A stretch of 64,000 bases of DNA from Betaproteobacteria bacterium (GTDB lineage Bacteria > Pseudomonadota > Gammaproteobacteria > Burkholderiales > SG8-41): positions 8,649-72,648 of the forward strand of contig CANKUB010000009.1 of assembly GCA_947486575.1 (NCBI GenBank), given 5' to 3'. Below, piece after piece: positions 1 to 9,309 of this stretch; within the stretch, counting starts at the first letter, position 1; each line of letters starts with the position of its first letter. The notes beneath the pieces were generated by a model. The model was given only the letters and a program-made list of their open reading frames with translations, was not told the DNA's origin and ran no database searches. The translations under genes were made by a program, and so were the position numbers.

Positions 1-1185
1 AAAATTGAACTGGTGGCCGGCGCCAAATTCGTGCTCGACGCCGAATGCAAACTCGGCGACCAGCACGTCGTCGGTCTCGATTACGTCAACCTGCCCAGAG
101 ACGTGCGCACCGGCGACACCCTCCTGCTTGACGACGGCCGTATCGTGCTGGGCGTGTCGTCGGTCAAGGGCGCGCGCATCAACTGCGTGGTCGAACTCGG
201 CGGGCCGCTCTCCAACAACAAGGGCATCAACCGCAAAGGCGGTGGTTTGACTGCGCCCGCGCTGACTGAAAAAGATAAGCGGGATATCAAGACCGCCGCA
301 GAATTGAAGGCCGATTATCTCGGCATTTCCTTTCCGCGATCCGGCGCGGACATGAAATGGGCGCGCGATCTGATGCAAAAGGCGGGTGGCAAAGCGTTAC
401 TGGTGGCGAAGATCGAGCGCGCCGAGGCGATTGCTGCGCTGGAAGAAATCATTGATGCCTCTGACGTCATCATGGTGGCGCGCGGCGATCTCGCGGTGGA
501 GGTTGGCGACGCGGTGGTGCCCGCGTTGCAAAAGCGCATGATTCGTCTGGCGCGCGAGAAAAACAAAATCGTTATCACCGCCACGCAAATGATGGAGTCG
601 ATGATCTCCAACCCGATACCAACACGCGCGGAAGTATCCGATGTCGCCAACGCCGTGCTTGATGGCACTGATGCTGTCATGTTGTCGGGTGAAACCGCCG
701 CCGGTAAATATCCGGTGGAAACCGTAGCTGCCATGGCGCGCGTGTGCATTGAAGCCGAAAAAGAAGACCCCACTGCCAACGAGCGTGTGCGCCGCAACCC
801 ACCGAGTGAAGTGGAAGAATCCATCGCGCGTGGCACCGTATTCACCGCGAACAACCTCAATATCAAAGCCATCGCCGCGCTCACGCAAAGCGGCAAGACC
901 GCGCTGCTGATGTCGCGGCTGTCGACGGCGGTGCCAATTTATGCGCTGTCATCGGTCGTGGAAACGCGCCGTCGCGTGTCGCTGTTCAAGGGCGTGTACC
1001 CGGTCAAATTCAAGGGCGTGCGCAACCCGGAGCGCGCGCTCAATCAAGCCGAAGACGAATTGTTGAAGCGCGGCGCCGTGCAAACCGGCGATTACATCGT
1101 GCTCACGATCGGCGAGCCCTACGGCAAGGCCGGCGGCACCAACACCATGAAAGTCGTCAAAGTGGGTGAGCACCGGCATGCGTAG
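1..1185 (+). CDS. pyk: pyruvate kinase, 5'-truncated by window edge
   Basis: Frame 1 is open from base 1. Translation shows pyruvate kinase hallmarks (MVARGDLAVEVG, ITATQMMESM, VMLSGETAAGKYP). About 390 of an expected ~480 aa are present; stop at 1183-1185. Confidence 0.9.
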   Translation, partial: KIELVAGAKFVLDAECKLGDQHVVGLDYVNLPRDVRTGDTLLLDDGRIVLGVSSVKGARINCVVELGGPLSNNKGINRKGGGLTAPALTEKDKRDIKTAAELKADYLGISFPRSGADMKWARDLMQKAGGKALLVAKIERAEAIAALEEIIDASDVIMVARGDLAVEVGDAVVPALQKRMIRLAREKNKIVITATQMMESMISNPIPTRAEVSDVANAVLDGTDAVMLSGETAAGKYPVETVAAMARVCIEAEKEDPTANERVRRNPPSEVEESIARGTVFTANNLNIKAIAALTQSGKTALLMSRLSTAVPIYALSSVVETRRRVSLFKGVYPVKFKGVRNPERALNQAEDELLKRGAVQTGDYIVLTIGEPYGKAGGTNTMKVVKVGEHRHA

Positions 1186-1243
1186 AAGGCCATGCGCGCA
1201 GAAGCAACATATTAAATAGTTCATATAAAATAGGAGGTTATAC

Positions 1244-2251
1244 ATGAGCACGCTAATCCAGATCGCCAAAGCCATGGTCGCGCCCGGCAAGGGCATCCTC
1301 GCCGCCGATGAAAGTACTGGCACGATTGAAAAGCGTTTTACCAGCATCAACGTCGAAAACACGGAAGAAAATCGCCGCGCTTATCGTGATCTGCTGTTCA
1401 CTACCAAAGGCATCGGTGACAGTATCAGCGGCGTCATTTTGTATGATGAAACGCTGCGGCAAAAATCGGCTGACGGCATGTCGTTCGTTGATTTGCTCAA
1501 TAAAAACGGTGTGCTGCCCGGCATCAAAGTAGACGCGGGCGCAAAGCCCTTGGCATTCTGCCCCGGCGAAACCGTTACCGAAGGCCTCGACAATCTGCCC
1601 AAGCGCTGCGCGGAATACGTCAAACTCGGCGCGAAATTCGCCAAATGGCGCGCGGTCATCGATATCGGCGTCGACATGCCGAGTTCAACTTCCATTGCGG
1701 CCAACGCCCACGCACTCGCGCGCTACGCCGCAATTTGCCAGGAAGCGGGCCTCGTGCCTATCGTGGAGCCCGAAGTGCTGATGGACGGCGATCACACCAT
1801 CGAACGCTGCGAGCAAGTCACCGAATGGACGTTGAACGCGGTGTATGAAGCGCTATACATGAATCGCGTGTCGCTCGAAGGGTCGGTGTTGAAGCCCTCC
1901 ATGGTGATCTCCGGCAAAAAATGTGCGCGGCAGGCCGGTGTAGATGAGGTTGCTGAGCGCACGACGCGTATTTTGAAGCGCACCGTGCCAGCGGCGGTAG
2001 CGGGCATTGTGTTTTTGTCAGGCGGACAGAGTGATGAGTTGGCAACCGCCCATCTGGATGCGATGAATAAACTGGGCAACAACCCATGGCCGTTGTCATT
2101 CTCCTATGGCCGCGCTTTGCAGCAGCCGTCGTTGAAAGCTTGGCGGGGTTCTGTTGCTAACGTGCCCGCTGCGCAAGCCGCGCTGGCGCACCGTGGGCGC
2201 ATGAACAGTCTGGCTTCGTTAGGCAAGTATTCGGCGAGCATGGAAAAGTAG
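1244..2251 (+). CDS. fba: fructose-bisphosphate aldolase, class I
   Basis: 335 aa. The N-terminus GKGILAADESTGTIEKRF is typical of class I (Schiff-base) aldolases. AGGAGG lies 7-8 nt upstream of the ATG. Confidence 0.9.
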   Translation: MSTLIQIAKAMVAPGKGILAADESTGTIEKRFTSINVENTEENRRAYRDLLFTTKGIGDSISGVILYDETLRQKSADGMSFVDLLNKNGVLPGIKVDAGAKPLAFCPGETVTEGLDNLPKRCAEYVKLGAKFAKWRAVIDIGVDMPSSTSIAANAHALARYAAICQEAGLVPIVEPEVLMDGDHTIERCEQVTEWTLNAVYEALYMNRVSLEGSVLKPSMVISGKKCARQAGVDEVAERTTRILKRTVPAAVAGIVFLSGGQSDELATAHLDAMNKLGNNPWPLSFSYGRALQQPSLKAWRGSVANVPAAQAALAHRGRMNSLASLGKYSASMEK

Positions 2252-2385
2252 GTCGAACATCTACACCCACCGCAATGGCCTCATTGATGCATTGAGGACT
2301 CAACGGCAATGCAAGGAAGTTTTTCTTTGTATTTCTTTGCGTAATCTTTGCATCTTTGCACCTTTGCGGTAACGGTGCTGGTTTT

Positions 2386-3459
2386 GTGCCAACCCCACCC
2401 CGCACCCCTGTCTCCATCATCACCGGATTTCTCGGCAGCGGTAAAACCACGCTGTTAAACCACGTGCTGGCTGATCCCGGCATGGCAGGTGCAGCCGTCA
2501 TCATAAACGAGTTCGGCGAAATTGGCCTGGATCATCTTCTGATCGCCACGCCCAACGAGAACACGGTGTTGTTATCCAGCGGCTGCATCTGCTGTACCGT
2601 GCGCGGTGATCTGGTGGACACCTTGCGTGAGCTTGATGCTAGGCGACGTGACGGTGGGGTGCCGCCCTTCGACCGACTATTGATCGAAACGACTGGTCTG
2701 GCAGACCCTGTGCCCATCATCCAAACCATCATTGCCGACGAAAAAATAGCGCCGCGATTTGAAATGGATGGCGTTATCACCCTGGTCGATGCGGTCAACG
2801 GTATGTCCCAGCTTGACCATCAGCGCGAAGCAGTCAAGCAGGCCGCCGTGGCAGACCGATTGCTGCTGACAAAAACCGATATCGCTGAAGCGACACAGGC
2901 CGCAGCACTGCATGAGCGTCTGGCGCAGCTGAATCCCGGGGCGCCCATTCAGAATGTGCGTCAGGGTCAAATTGATCAGTCAACATTGTTCGGCGTGGCG
3001 CTCAATGCCCACACACGCGGCGACGATCTCGCACGTTGGCTGCGCGATGATGCAGTAGCAAACGCTTCGTATAAACCGGTGCGCAAACACGACGACCACA
3101 TCCGCGCGCACTGCCTGCATCTTGATGAACCCATCACGCGCATGGGCATGACGGCATGGCTCACTGCGCTGGCATCCCTGCGTGGCGCAAATCTGTTGCG
3201 GGTGAAAGCGCTGCTCAATGTCGAAGGCGAACCCGTCGTTGTGCACGCAGTGCAAACGCTGATACACGAGCCGATTGCACTGGCGCAGTGGCCGGATGCT
3301 GATCGCCGATCGCGGCTGGTGTTTATCACCCGCGACATGGCGCGCGCGGAGATAGAAGCCACGCTGGATATGCTGCGCCTGAAGCCCGCTAACCCTGCGC
3401 GGCTCGATCCGCATGCCTATGCCAATTTTGTCGCCGCGATGAAAAAAGTTCACGGATAA
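2386..3459 (+). CDS. COG0523 / CobW-family G3E GTPase (putative metallochaperone)
   Basis: P-loop GFLGSGKTTLLN, metal motif GCICCTVRGDL, ETTGLADP, and a CobW_C-like C-terminus. The longest ORF starts at TTG 2356. GTG 2386 gives the usual ~10-aa lead before the P-loop, but the start is uncertain. Confidence 0.8.
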   Translation: MPTPPRTPVSIITGFLGSGKTTLLNHVLADPGMAGAAVIINEFGEIGLDHLLIATPNENTVLLSSGCICCTVRGDLVDTLRELDARRRDGGVPPFDRLLIETTGLADPVPIIQTIIADEKIAPRFEMDGVITLVDAVNGMSQLDHQREAVKQAAVADRLLLTKTDIAEATQAAALHERLAQLNPGAPIQNVRQGQIDQSTLFGVALNAHTRGDDLARWLRDDAVANASYKPVRKHDDHIRAHCLHLDEPITRMGMTAWLTALASLRGANLLRVKALLNVEGEPVVVHAVQTLIHEPIALAQWPDADRRSRLVFITRDMARAEIEATLDMLRLKPANPARLDPHAYANFVAAMKKVHG

Positions 3460-3544
3460 CACGGGCATGTCAGCTTGTCTATTTTGTTGACATTGGGCAG
3501 ACGTTTTATTACTTTCAAGCCACGGAACGAACAAGGAAATCTAC

Positions 3545-4894
3545 ATGTTTGACTATAAGTTAGTAGAGCCGAAGGGCGACGTTAAGGTCATCAAAGGTGC
3601 GACGCTGATCGATGGCAATGGCGGTGCCCCGCTAAAAGACCCGGTGATCGTGCTCGAAGGCCGCCGCATCAAAGCGGTGGGCGCCAAGGGCAAAGTAAAA
3701 ATTCCCGCCAAGGCTGAGGTGATCGATTGTGCGGGCTTGACACTGATGCCCGGCCTGATGGACGTGCATCTGCACACCATGATGTTCAATTGCCTTACGT
3801 TTCATAATTATCGCGTGGCGCAATGGGAAATCACGCCTGAACTGCAACAGATGTATGGCTTGTTCCATGCGCAGCTTTGTTTCGACATGGGCTTTACCAC
3901 GCTGCGTGATCTGGGATTGAACTCCTACCGCGGCCTTCTCACCGCGCATTTATGTGCCGTGCGTGATTCGATCAACGCCGGCATCGTGGAAGGCCCGCGT
4001 ATGTTCATCGGCGGCTTCACCACCATTACCGGCTCGCATCTGGATTTGATTCAACCCCGTGCAGCGCAGCGGTTGGGTTTTCAGACGGCAGACGGCCCGT
4101 GGGAGCTGCGTAAGTTGGCCCGCACCAACCTGCTGGCAGGCTGCGATATCGTAAAAACCTGCGCTACCGGCGGCGGCGGCACGGACAAAGAAGAGCCTGA
4201 TATCCGCAATATGACGCAGGAGGAAATCAACGCCATCGTCGACGAGGCTCACGCGTTTCACAAACCGGCGGCGGTGCATTGCTTTACACCCAACGGGCAC
4301 CGCATGGCGCTCGAAGCCGGTGCCGACACCATCGAGCACATGGTATTTCACGATGAAGAAGTAATCGATATGATCGCCGATTCACCCGCGTGGATGACAC
4401 CCACACTGCTGCATCGCACCGACGGCGCGATCCAGAACCGGCTGGATCAGGGCACGTCGATGTTCGTGATCAATAAGATGAAAGCGCTGCAACCGTATTG
4501 TTTTGACACCTTCCAGAAAATGTATAAGGCAGGCGTCAAAATTGCCATGGGCACCGACATGGGTTTCGATCCGGAGATGGGCACCAACGCCAAGGAACTG
4601 GAGGTCTACGTCAAGCTTGGCATGAAGCCGATGGAGGCCATCATGACCGCCACGCGCAACGCCGCACACGCGCTGAAAATGGAAAAAGAACTGGGCACGG
4701 TCGAAGTGGGCAAACTAGCCGATATCGTTGCGGTAAAGGGCGATCCGCTGAAGAACATCGCCTGCTTGCAGGAAAAGAAAAATATCCAGATCGTGATGAA
4801 AGAAGGCCGCATCTATGCCGACCGTCGCGCAGGACACAGCAAGAATGTGGTGAATGTGAATCCGGGTGAGTGGAAGATCGTCGATTATTTGTAG
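3545..4894 (+). CDS. amidohydrolase-superfamily metal-dependent hydrolase
   Basis: 449 aa. HxH motif (MDVHLHT) after a beta-sandwich N-terminus, and a C-terminal GTVEVGKLADIV motif typical of the amidohydrolase family. Confidence 0.8.
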   Translation: MFDYKLVEPKGDVKVIKGATLIDGNGGAPLKDPVIVLEGRRIKAVGAKGKVKIPAKAEVIDCAGLTLMPGLMDVHLHTMMFNCLTFHNYRVAQWEITPELQQMYGLFHAQLCFDMGFTTLRDLGLNSYRGLLTAHLCAVRDSINAGIVEGPRMFIGGFTTITGSHLDLIQPRAAQRLGFQTADGPWELRKLARTNLLAGCDIVKTCATGGGGTDKEEPDIRNMTQEEINAIVDEAHAFHKPAAVHCFTPNGHRMALEAGADTIEHMVFHDEEVIDMIADSPAWMTPTLLHRTDGAIQNRLDQGTSMFVINKMKALQPYCFDTFQKMYKAGVKIAMGTDMGFDPEMGTNAKELEVYVKLGMKPMEAIMTATRNAAHALKMEKELGTVEVGKLADIVAVKGDPLKNIACLQEKKNIQIVMKEGRIYADRRAGHSKNVVNVNPGEWKIVDYL

Positions 4895-4921
4895 GCGCAG
4901 CATCAAATCAGCGAGGAAATC

Positions 4922-5428
4922 ATGACGGCAAAGAAAAGTGCAAAAACCAAAACCGTTGGCGCGGTCAAAGGTGGCAACGGCAAGTACCAGTTCAAAATGG
5001 CGGCGTTGAAAAAAGTTCCTGCTGGCACCGGCTATTCAACTTCGCATGGCGGTGTCGTCGAAGGCGAACGGATATTGGTGGGTTATATCCACAAGCCGCG
5101 TGGCACCGGCGCGCGCATGCACAGCCATCTCAACGAGCAATTGAATTACGTGGTGCGCGGCACGCTGATGGGTTCGGTGAACGGCAAGAAAGTGCGTGCG
5201 CCCACAGGCTCGCTGATCTATATCCCCGCAAATGCGCCGCATACCCTGGTGGCTGACCCCAAGGACGAAGATGTGATTTTTCTGGCGATCAAGGATTTGT
5301 CGCAGGGCATTATCGGCAAGGCGATTGATGGCACCATGACAGGCCCGCTCTATATGAAAGGCTTCGAGCCCAAGAAGCCTGTAAAAGGTGCCGCAAAAAA
5401 GAAGGCGGTTCGCCAAGCGGCGCGCTGA
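4922..5428 (+). CDS. cupin-domain protein with lysine-rich N- and C-terminal tails
   Basis: 168 aa. Cupin core (GARMHSH...NYVVRGTL...IYIPANAPH). Both termini are K/A-rich (MTAKKSAKTKTVGAVKGG; KKPVKGAAKKKAVRQAAR). Confidence 0.65.
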   Translation: MTAKKSAKTKTVGAVKGGNGKYQFKMAALKKVPAGTGYSTSHGGVVEGERILVGYIHKPRGTGARMHSHLNEQLNYVVRGTLMGSVNGKKVRAPTGSLIYIPANAPHTLVADPKDEDVIFLAIKDLSQGIIGKAIDGTMTGPLYMKGFEPKKPVKGAAKKKAVRQAAR

Positions 5429-5500
5429 TCGCTACGCGTAGCGCTATACTGCCTGCCCCGTTACGCTGACAAGCTGCCGGGGCATATTTTTGGAGGGAGC

Positions 5501-6478
5501 ATGCCTGGCAAAGCGATACTGGTGTTCCATCGCGCAATACCTGCGGCACTGCTGTGCTTTGCGCCTGCCGCCACTTTGGCCCAAACGTACCCAGCAAAGC
5601 CCGTACGCCTTATCGTTGGCTTTGCCCCCGGCGGCCCCAACGACATCGTCGCCCGCGGGCTGGCGCAAAAACTGTCGGAACAAACGGGGCAGCAGTTCAT
5701 CGTCGAAAACCGCCCGGGCGCCAATACCGCGGTAGCGACCGAACTGGTCTCGCGCGCGGCACCCGACGGCTATAACGTGATGTTTGTGTCGCCGGGGCAT
5801 GCCACCAACCCGTCGATGATGAAATTGAATTTCGATTCGATGCGGGATTTCGCGTTCGTCACACAAGTCGCGGACGCACAGAACATTCTCGTCGTGCATC
5901 CTTCATTGCCGGTGCGTAGCGTCAAGGAGCTGATCGCGTTCGCCAGAGCACGGCCGGGTGAGATCAACTACGGCTCCTCGGGCACGGGCAGCACCGGGCA
6001 TCTGTCAACCGAATTGTTTCAAATGATGACCGGAACGAAGATGATGCACGTTCCGTATAAGGGTGCCGGGCCTGCATTGATTGAGCTGCTGGCTGGCCAG
6101 CATGTGCTGTACTTTGGCAACATCGCGGGCATCATCGGTTACGTGCGCACCAACCGTATGCGGGCGCTCGCCGTAACGGGCGAAAAACGCTCCCCCTCCG
6201 TGCCGGACATACCGACCGTCATCGAAGCCGGCTTGCCGGGGTTTGTAGTCACCGCGTTCTATGGCATTGCATTGCCCGCAAAAGCGCCGCGCGCGATTGC
6301 CGACAGGCTAAACAGTGAAGTGGTACGCGCGTTGAAATCAACAGACTTTAATGCGCGCCTGCGCGATTCTGGCACCGAGCCGGTGGGCAGCACGCCGGAG
6401 CAATTTACCGCGTTCATGCAAAACGAAATCGCCAAGTGGTCAAAAGTTATCAAAGCTTCAGGCATCAAAGGCGAGTAG
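5501..6478 (+). CDS. Bug/TctC-family tripartite tricarboxylate transporter substrate-binding protein
   Basis: Signal peptide followed by the family signature YPAKPVRLIVGFAPGGPNDIVAR; ~325 aa. Confidence 0.9.
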   Translation: MPGKAILVFHRAIPAALLCFAPAATLAQTYPAKPVRLIVGFAPGGPNDIVARGLAQKLSEQTGQQFIVENRPGANTAVATELVSRAAPDGYNVMFVSPGHATNPSMMKLNFDSMRDFAFVTQVADAQNILVVHPSLPVRSVKELIAFARARPGEINYGSSGTGSTGHLSTELFQMMTGTKMMHVPYKGAGPALIELLAGQHVLYFGNIAGIIGYVRTNRMRALAVTGEKRSPSVPDIPTVIEAGLPGFVVTAFYGIALPAKAPRAIADRLNSEVVRALKSTDFNARLRDSGTEPVGSTPEQFTAFMQNEIAKWSKVIKASGIKGE

Positions 6479-6514
6479 CATTCAGCGAACGCACGGTTCT
6501 CCCTTGGCAGATAT

Positions 6515-7483
6515 ATGAAAAAATTGTTTAAAAACAAATGTTTACAGTCGATCATCCTGTTGGCGAGTGCTTGCGCGCAGGCGCAGACCTATCCCGCCAA
6601 GCCGATACGTTTTGTCGTCGGTTTTCCGCCGGGCGGTACCAATGATCTGGTGGCGCGCGCGATCGGACAAAAACTCACTGAACAAATGGGCCAGCAATTC
6701 ATTATCGAAAATCGCGGTGGTGCCAACACCGCCATCGCCAGCGAGATGTTCGCCAAAACCGCTGCGCCCGACGGCTACACCATCATGTTGAATGCGCCGG
6801 GGCATGCCACCAATCCGGCGATGATGAAGCTCAATTTCGATTCCATGCGCGATTTTGCGTTCATTACCATCGCGGCAGAATCGGTGAATTTGCTGGTGAC
6901 GCATCCGTCGTTCCCGCCGCGCACGGTCAAAGAAATGATTGCCTTCTCCAAAGCGCGTCCCGGCCAGATCAACTACGGCTCATCGGGCGTGGGCACCACC
7001 GTACATCTTTCGGGTGCGCTGTTCGAATACATGACCGGCGTGAAATGGGTGCATATCCCGTACAAAGGTGCCGGGCCTGCGCTGATTGAAATGCTGGGCG
7101 GCCAGTTTTCACTGTACTTCGGCAACATGCCGTCAGTAATCGGCTATGCACGCCAAGGCAAGCTGCGCGGAATAGCCGTCACCGGATCAAAGCGATCGTC
7201 TGCCGCCATGGACATACCCACAGTGGCGGAAAGCGGCATTCCCGGCTATGAAGTAACCACGTGGTACGGCACATCCGCACCCGCCAAAACGCCGCGCGAA
7301 ATTGTTGATCGACTTAACAGCGAAATCTTGCGCGCGCTGAAATCATCCGACATGCAGGCGCGCTTCAAGGACTACGGCGCCGACGCCATCGGCAACACGC
7401 CGGAGCAGGCCACGACTTACGTGCAAAGTGAGATCAACAAGTGGGGCAAGGTCATCAAGGCCGCAGGCCTTGCCAGCCAGTAG
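6515..7483 (+). CDS. Bug/TctC-family substrate-binding protein (tandem paralogue)
   Basis: Signal peptide plus YPAKPIRFVVGFPPGGTNDLVAR. Colinear with the preceding gene. Confidence 0.9.
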   Translation: MKKLFKNKCLQSIILLASACAQAQTYPAKPIRFVVGFPPGGTNDLVARAIGQKLTEQMGQQFIIENRGGANTAIASEMFAKTAAPDGYTIMLNAPGHATNPAMMKLNFDSMRDFAFITIAAESVNLLVTHPSFPPRTVKEMIAFSKARPGQINYGSSGVGTTVHLSGALFEYMTGVKWVHIPYKGAGPALIEMLGGQFSLYFGNMPSVIGYARQGKLRGIAVTGSKRSSAAMDIPTVAESGIPGYEVTTWYGTSAPAKTPREIVDRLNSEILRALKSSDMQARFKDYGADAIGNTPEQATTYVQSEINKWGKVIKAAGLASQ

Positions 7484-7536
7484 TTGCAACGACTGAAGCA
7501 CACGATACGCGAATGACGTAAATCAGAAATACAGCC

Positions 7537-9309
7537 ATGAGTGGAGTCTGCGGTTGGGTAGGTGAAGCTGATCCGGCGGTGCTCGATGCCATGCTCGACG
7601 CCATCGACTATCGCGGCGACCGCATCGACAAAGCGGTTGCGCCCGGTGTCGCGTTGGGCTACCGCTGGTGGGGCGGGCGTCCGGGCAAATCGCCGGGCAT
7701 TCATCGGGACGGCCAGCATCTGGTGGCTTGTGCGGGCACCTTTGCACCACCCGAGGAATCGCCCGCAGCGGCATTGATCGAAAAGCTGCATCCTGGTGAA
7801 AGTGGTCAAGACAATCTGGATGGCGCATTCGCCGCAGCCTGGTGGGATGGCGGCAAACGCCGTCTGACCCTGCTGCGTGATCCGTTTGGCGTGCGTTCAC
7901 TGTATTACGTTGCGCATCGCGGCACATTTTATTTCGCCAGTGAAATCAAACAGTTACTGGCGATACCCGGTTTGCCGCGCGAGATCGACGATGCAGCTGT
8001 GCACAAGTACCTCACGTTTTCATTTGTGCCCGGTGAAGATACGCCGCTGAAAGGCGTGCGCCGTCTGCTGCCACGACGCATCGCTATCTGGGAGAACGGG
8101 CGTCTGGAAATTACGCAGTATTTTGAATTGCGTGAGGCGCTTGATGCGAGACTTAGCGATCGTGGTGAAGCCGCGCGCCTGATTGGCGACCTGTGTAAAG
8201 CAGCCGTGGTAAAGCGCCTGCATGGCAAAGAAAACATCGGACTATTCTTAAGCGGCGGACTGGATTCGTCTGCGGTAGCGCTGTGGCTAAAAGAAGCGGG
8301 CGCGAATGTCACTGCGTTCAGTCTCGATTTCGGCGACAAGAGCGTGGAAAAAGATCGCGCACGCGAAGTCGCCGGCGCTCTGCAAATACCGCTGCACTTT
8401 GTAAAAGTCGGCGGCGAAGACTTGTTGCCCATACTTCCCGACCTCGCGTGGCGTCTCGATATGCCGTTTGGCGATGCGGTGACCGGACCGCAATATTTGC
8501 TCGGAAAGGCCGCGCGCGCTGCCGGTTGCGATTGCATATTTAACGGCGAAGGCGGCGATCAACTGTTCGGCGGCTGGACGCAAAAACCGATGATCGGCGC
8601 TGAGCTGTATGCCAATCTCTATACCAGCAATACCGGCGATGGCGGCGAAGGCTCGCGCGAAGAAACCTATCTGCGCAGCTATCACCGCTTTTACGGCGCT
8701 GAAGACGCGCTGTACACGCCCGAGTTTCGCTCGCGTGTCGGCCCGGCTGGTCAGCGTCGCGCGCTGTTGATGCCCTACCTGCAAGGCGAGAAAGCAACCA
8801 CCTTCGCCAATCGCGTCCGCCTTGCCGATTTTGCGCTGAAAGGCTGTCAGAACATATTGCCGCGCGCCGAACGCATGGCTAATGCGTGGGGCCTTGATAT
8901 GCGTGCGCCGTTGTTCGACCGTCAGTTGGCTGAAGCCTCGTTTGCATTGGCGCCCCAACTCAAGCTGCATGGCGCAGTCGAAAAATTTATATTGAAACTC
9001 GCGGTGCGCGGCAAGCTGCCCAAGGATGTGGTGTGGCGCAAGAAGGTTGGCATGGGTGTGCCTATCACCGACTGGACGCTGGGGCCACTGGCACCTGCGA
9101 TGCGCGAGTTGTTGGGCAAGGCATCGCTCGAACGGCGCGGTCTGTTCCGCCACGATTACGTTGAGCCCCTTTTACAGGGGCGCAATTTGCCCGGTGAGAC
9201 CCGCCGCCGCCGCGTCGGCGAACGGCTGTGGGCGCTGGCGATGCTGGAGGCGTGGCTACGCGTTTTTATCGACGGCGGAGGCAGGAGTCCCACGGGTGAG
9301 TGGCGATGA
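7537..9309 (+). CDS. asparagine synthetase B-like ATP-dependent amidotransferase/adenylating enzyme (glutaminase site atypical)
   Basis: 590 aa. PP-loop LSGGLDSS (8251-8271). AsnB-like N-domain motifs (RDPFGVRSLYY, FASEIKQLL). Cys is at residue 5 (MSGVCGW), not residue 2. Confidence 0.85.
   Translation: MSGVCGWVGEADPAVLDAMLDAIDYRGDRIDKAVAPGVALGYRWWGGRPGKSPGIHRDGQHLVACAGTFAPPEESPAAALIEKLHPGESGQDNLDGAFAAAWWDGGKRRLTLLRDPFGVRSLYYVAHRGTFYFASEIKQLLAIPGLPREIDDAAVHKYLTFSFVPGEDTPLKGVRRLLPRRIAIWENGRLEITQYFELREALDARLSDRGEAARLIGDLCKAAVVKRLHGKENIGLFLSGGLDSSAVALWLKEAGANVTAFSLDFGDKSVEKDRAREVAGALQIPLHFVKVGGEDLLPILPDLAWRLDMPFGDAVTGPQYLLGKAARAAGCDCIFNGEGGDQLFGGWTQKPMIGAELYANLYTSNTGDGGEGSREETYLRSYHRFYGAEDALYTPEFRSRVGPAGQRRALLMPYLQGEKATTFANRVRLADFALKGCQNILPRAERMANAWGLDMRAPLFDRQLAEASFALAPQLKLHGAVEKFILKLAVRGKLPKDVVWRKKVGMGVPITDWTLGPLAPAMRELLGKASLERRGLFRHDYVEPLLQGRNLPGETRRRRVGERLWALAMLEAWLRVFIDGGGRSPTGEWR

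Noticed and set aside
2288-2313. Inverted repeat TGCATTG-N12-CAATGCA after fba, considered as a Zur box or terminator
   Set aside because: It does not resemble proteobacterial Zur boxes. As a terminator the stem is short and AT-rich, and the T-run is separated from it by several bases.
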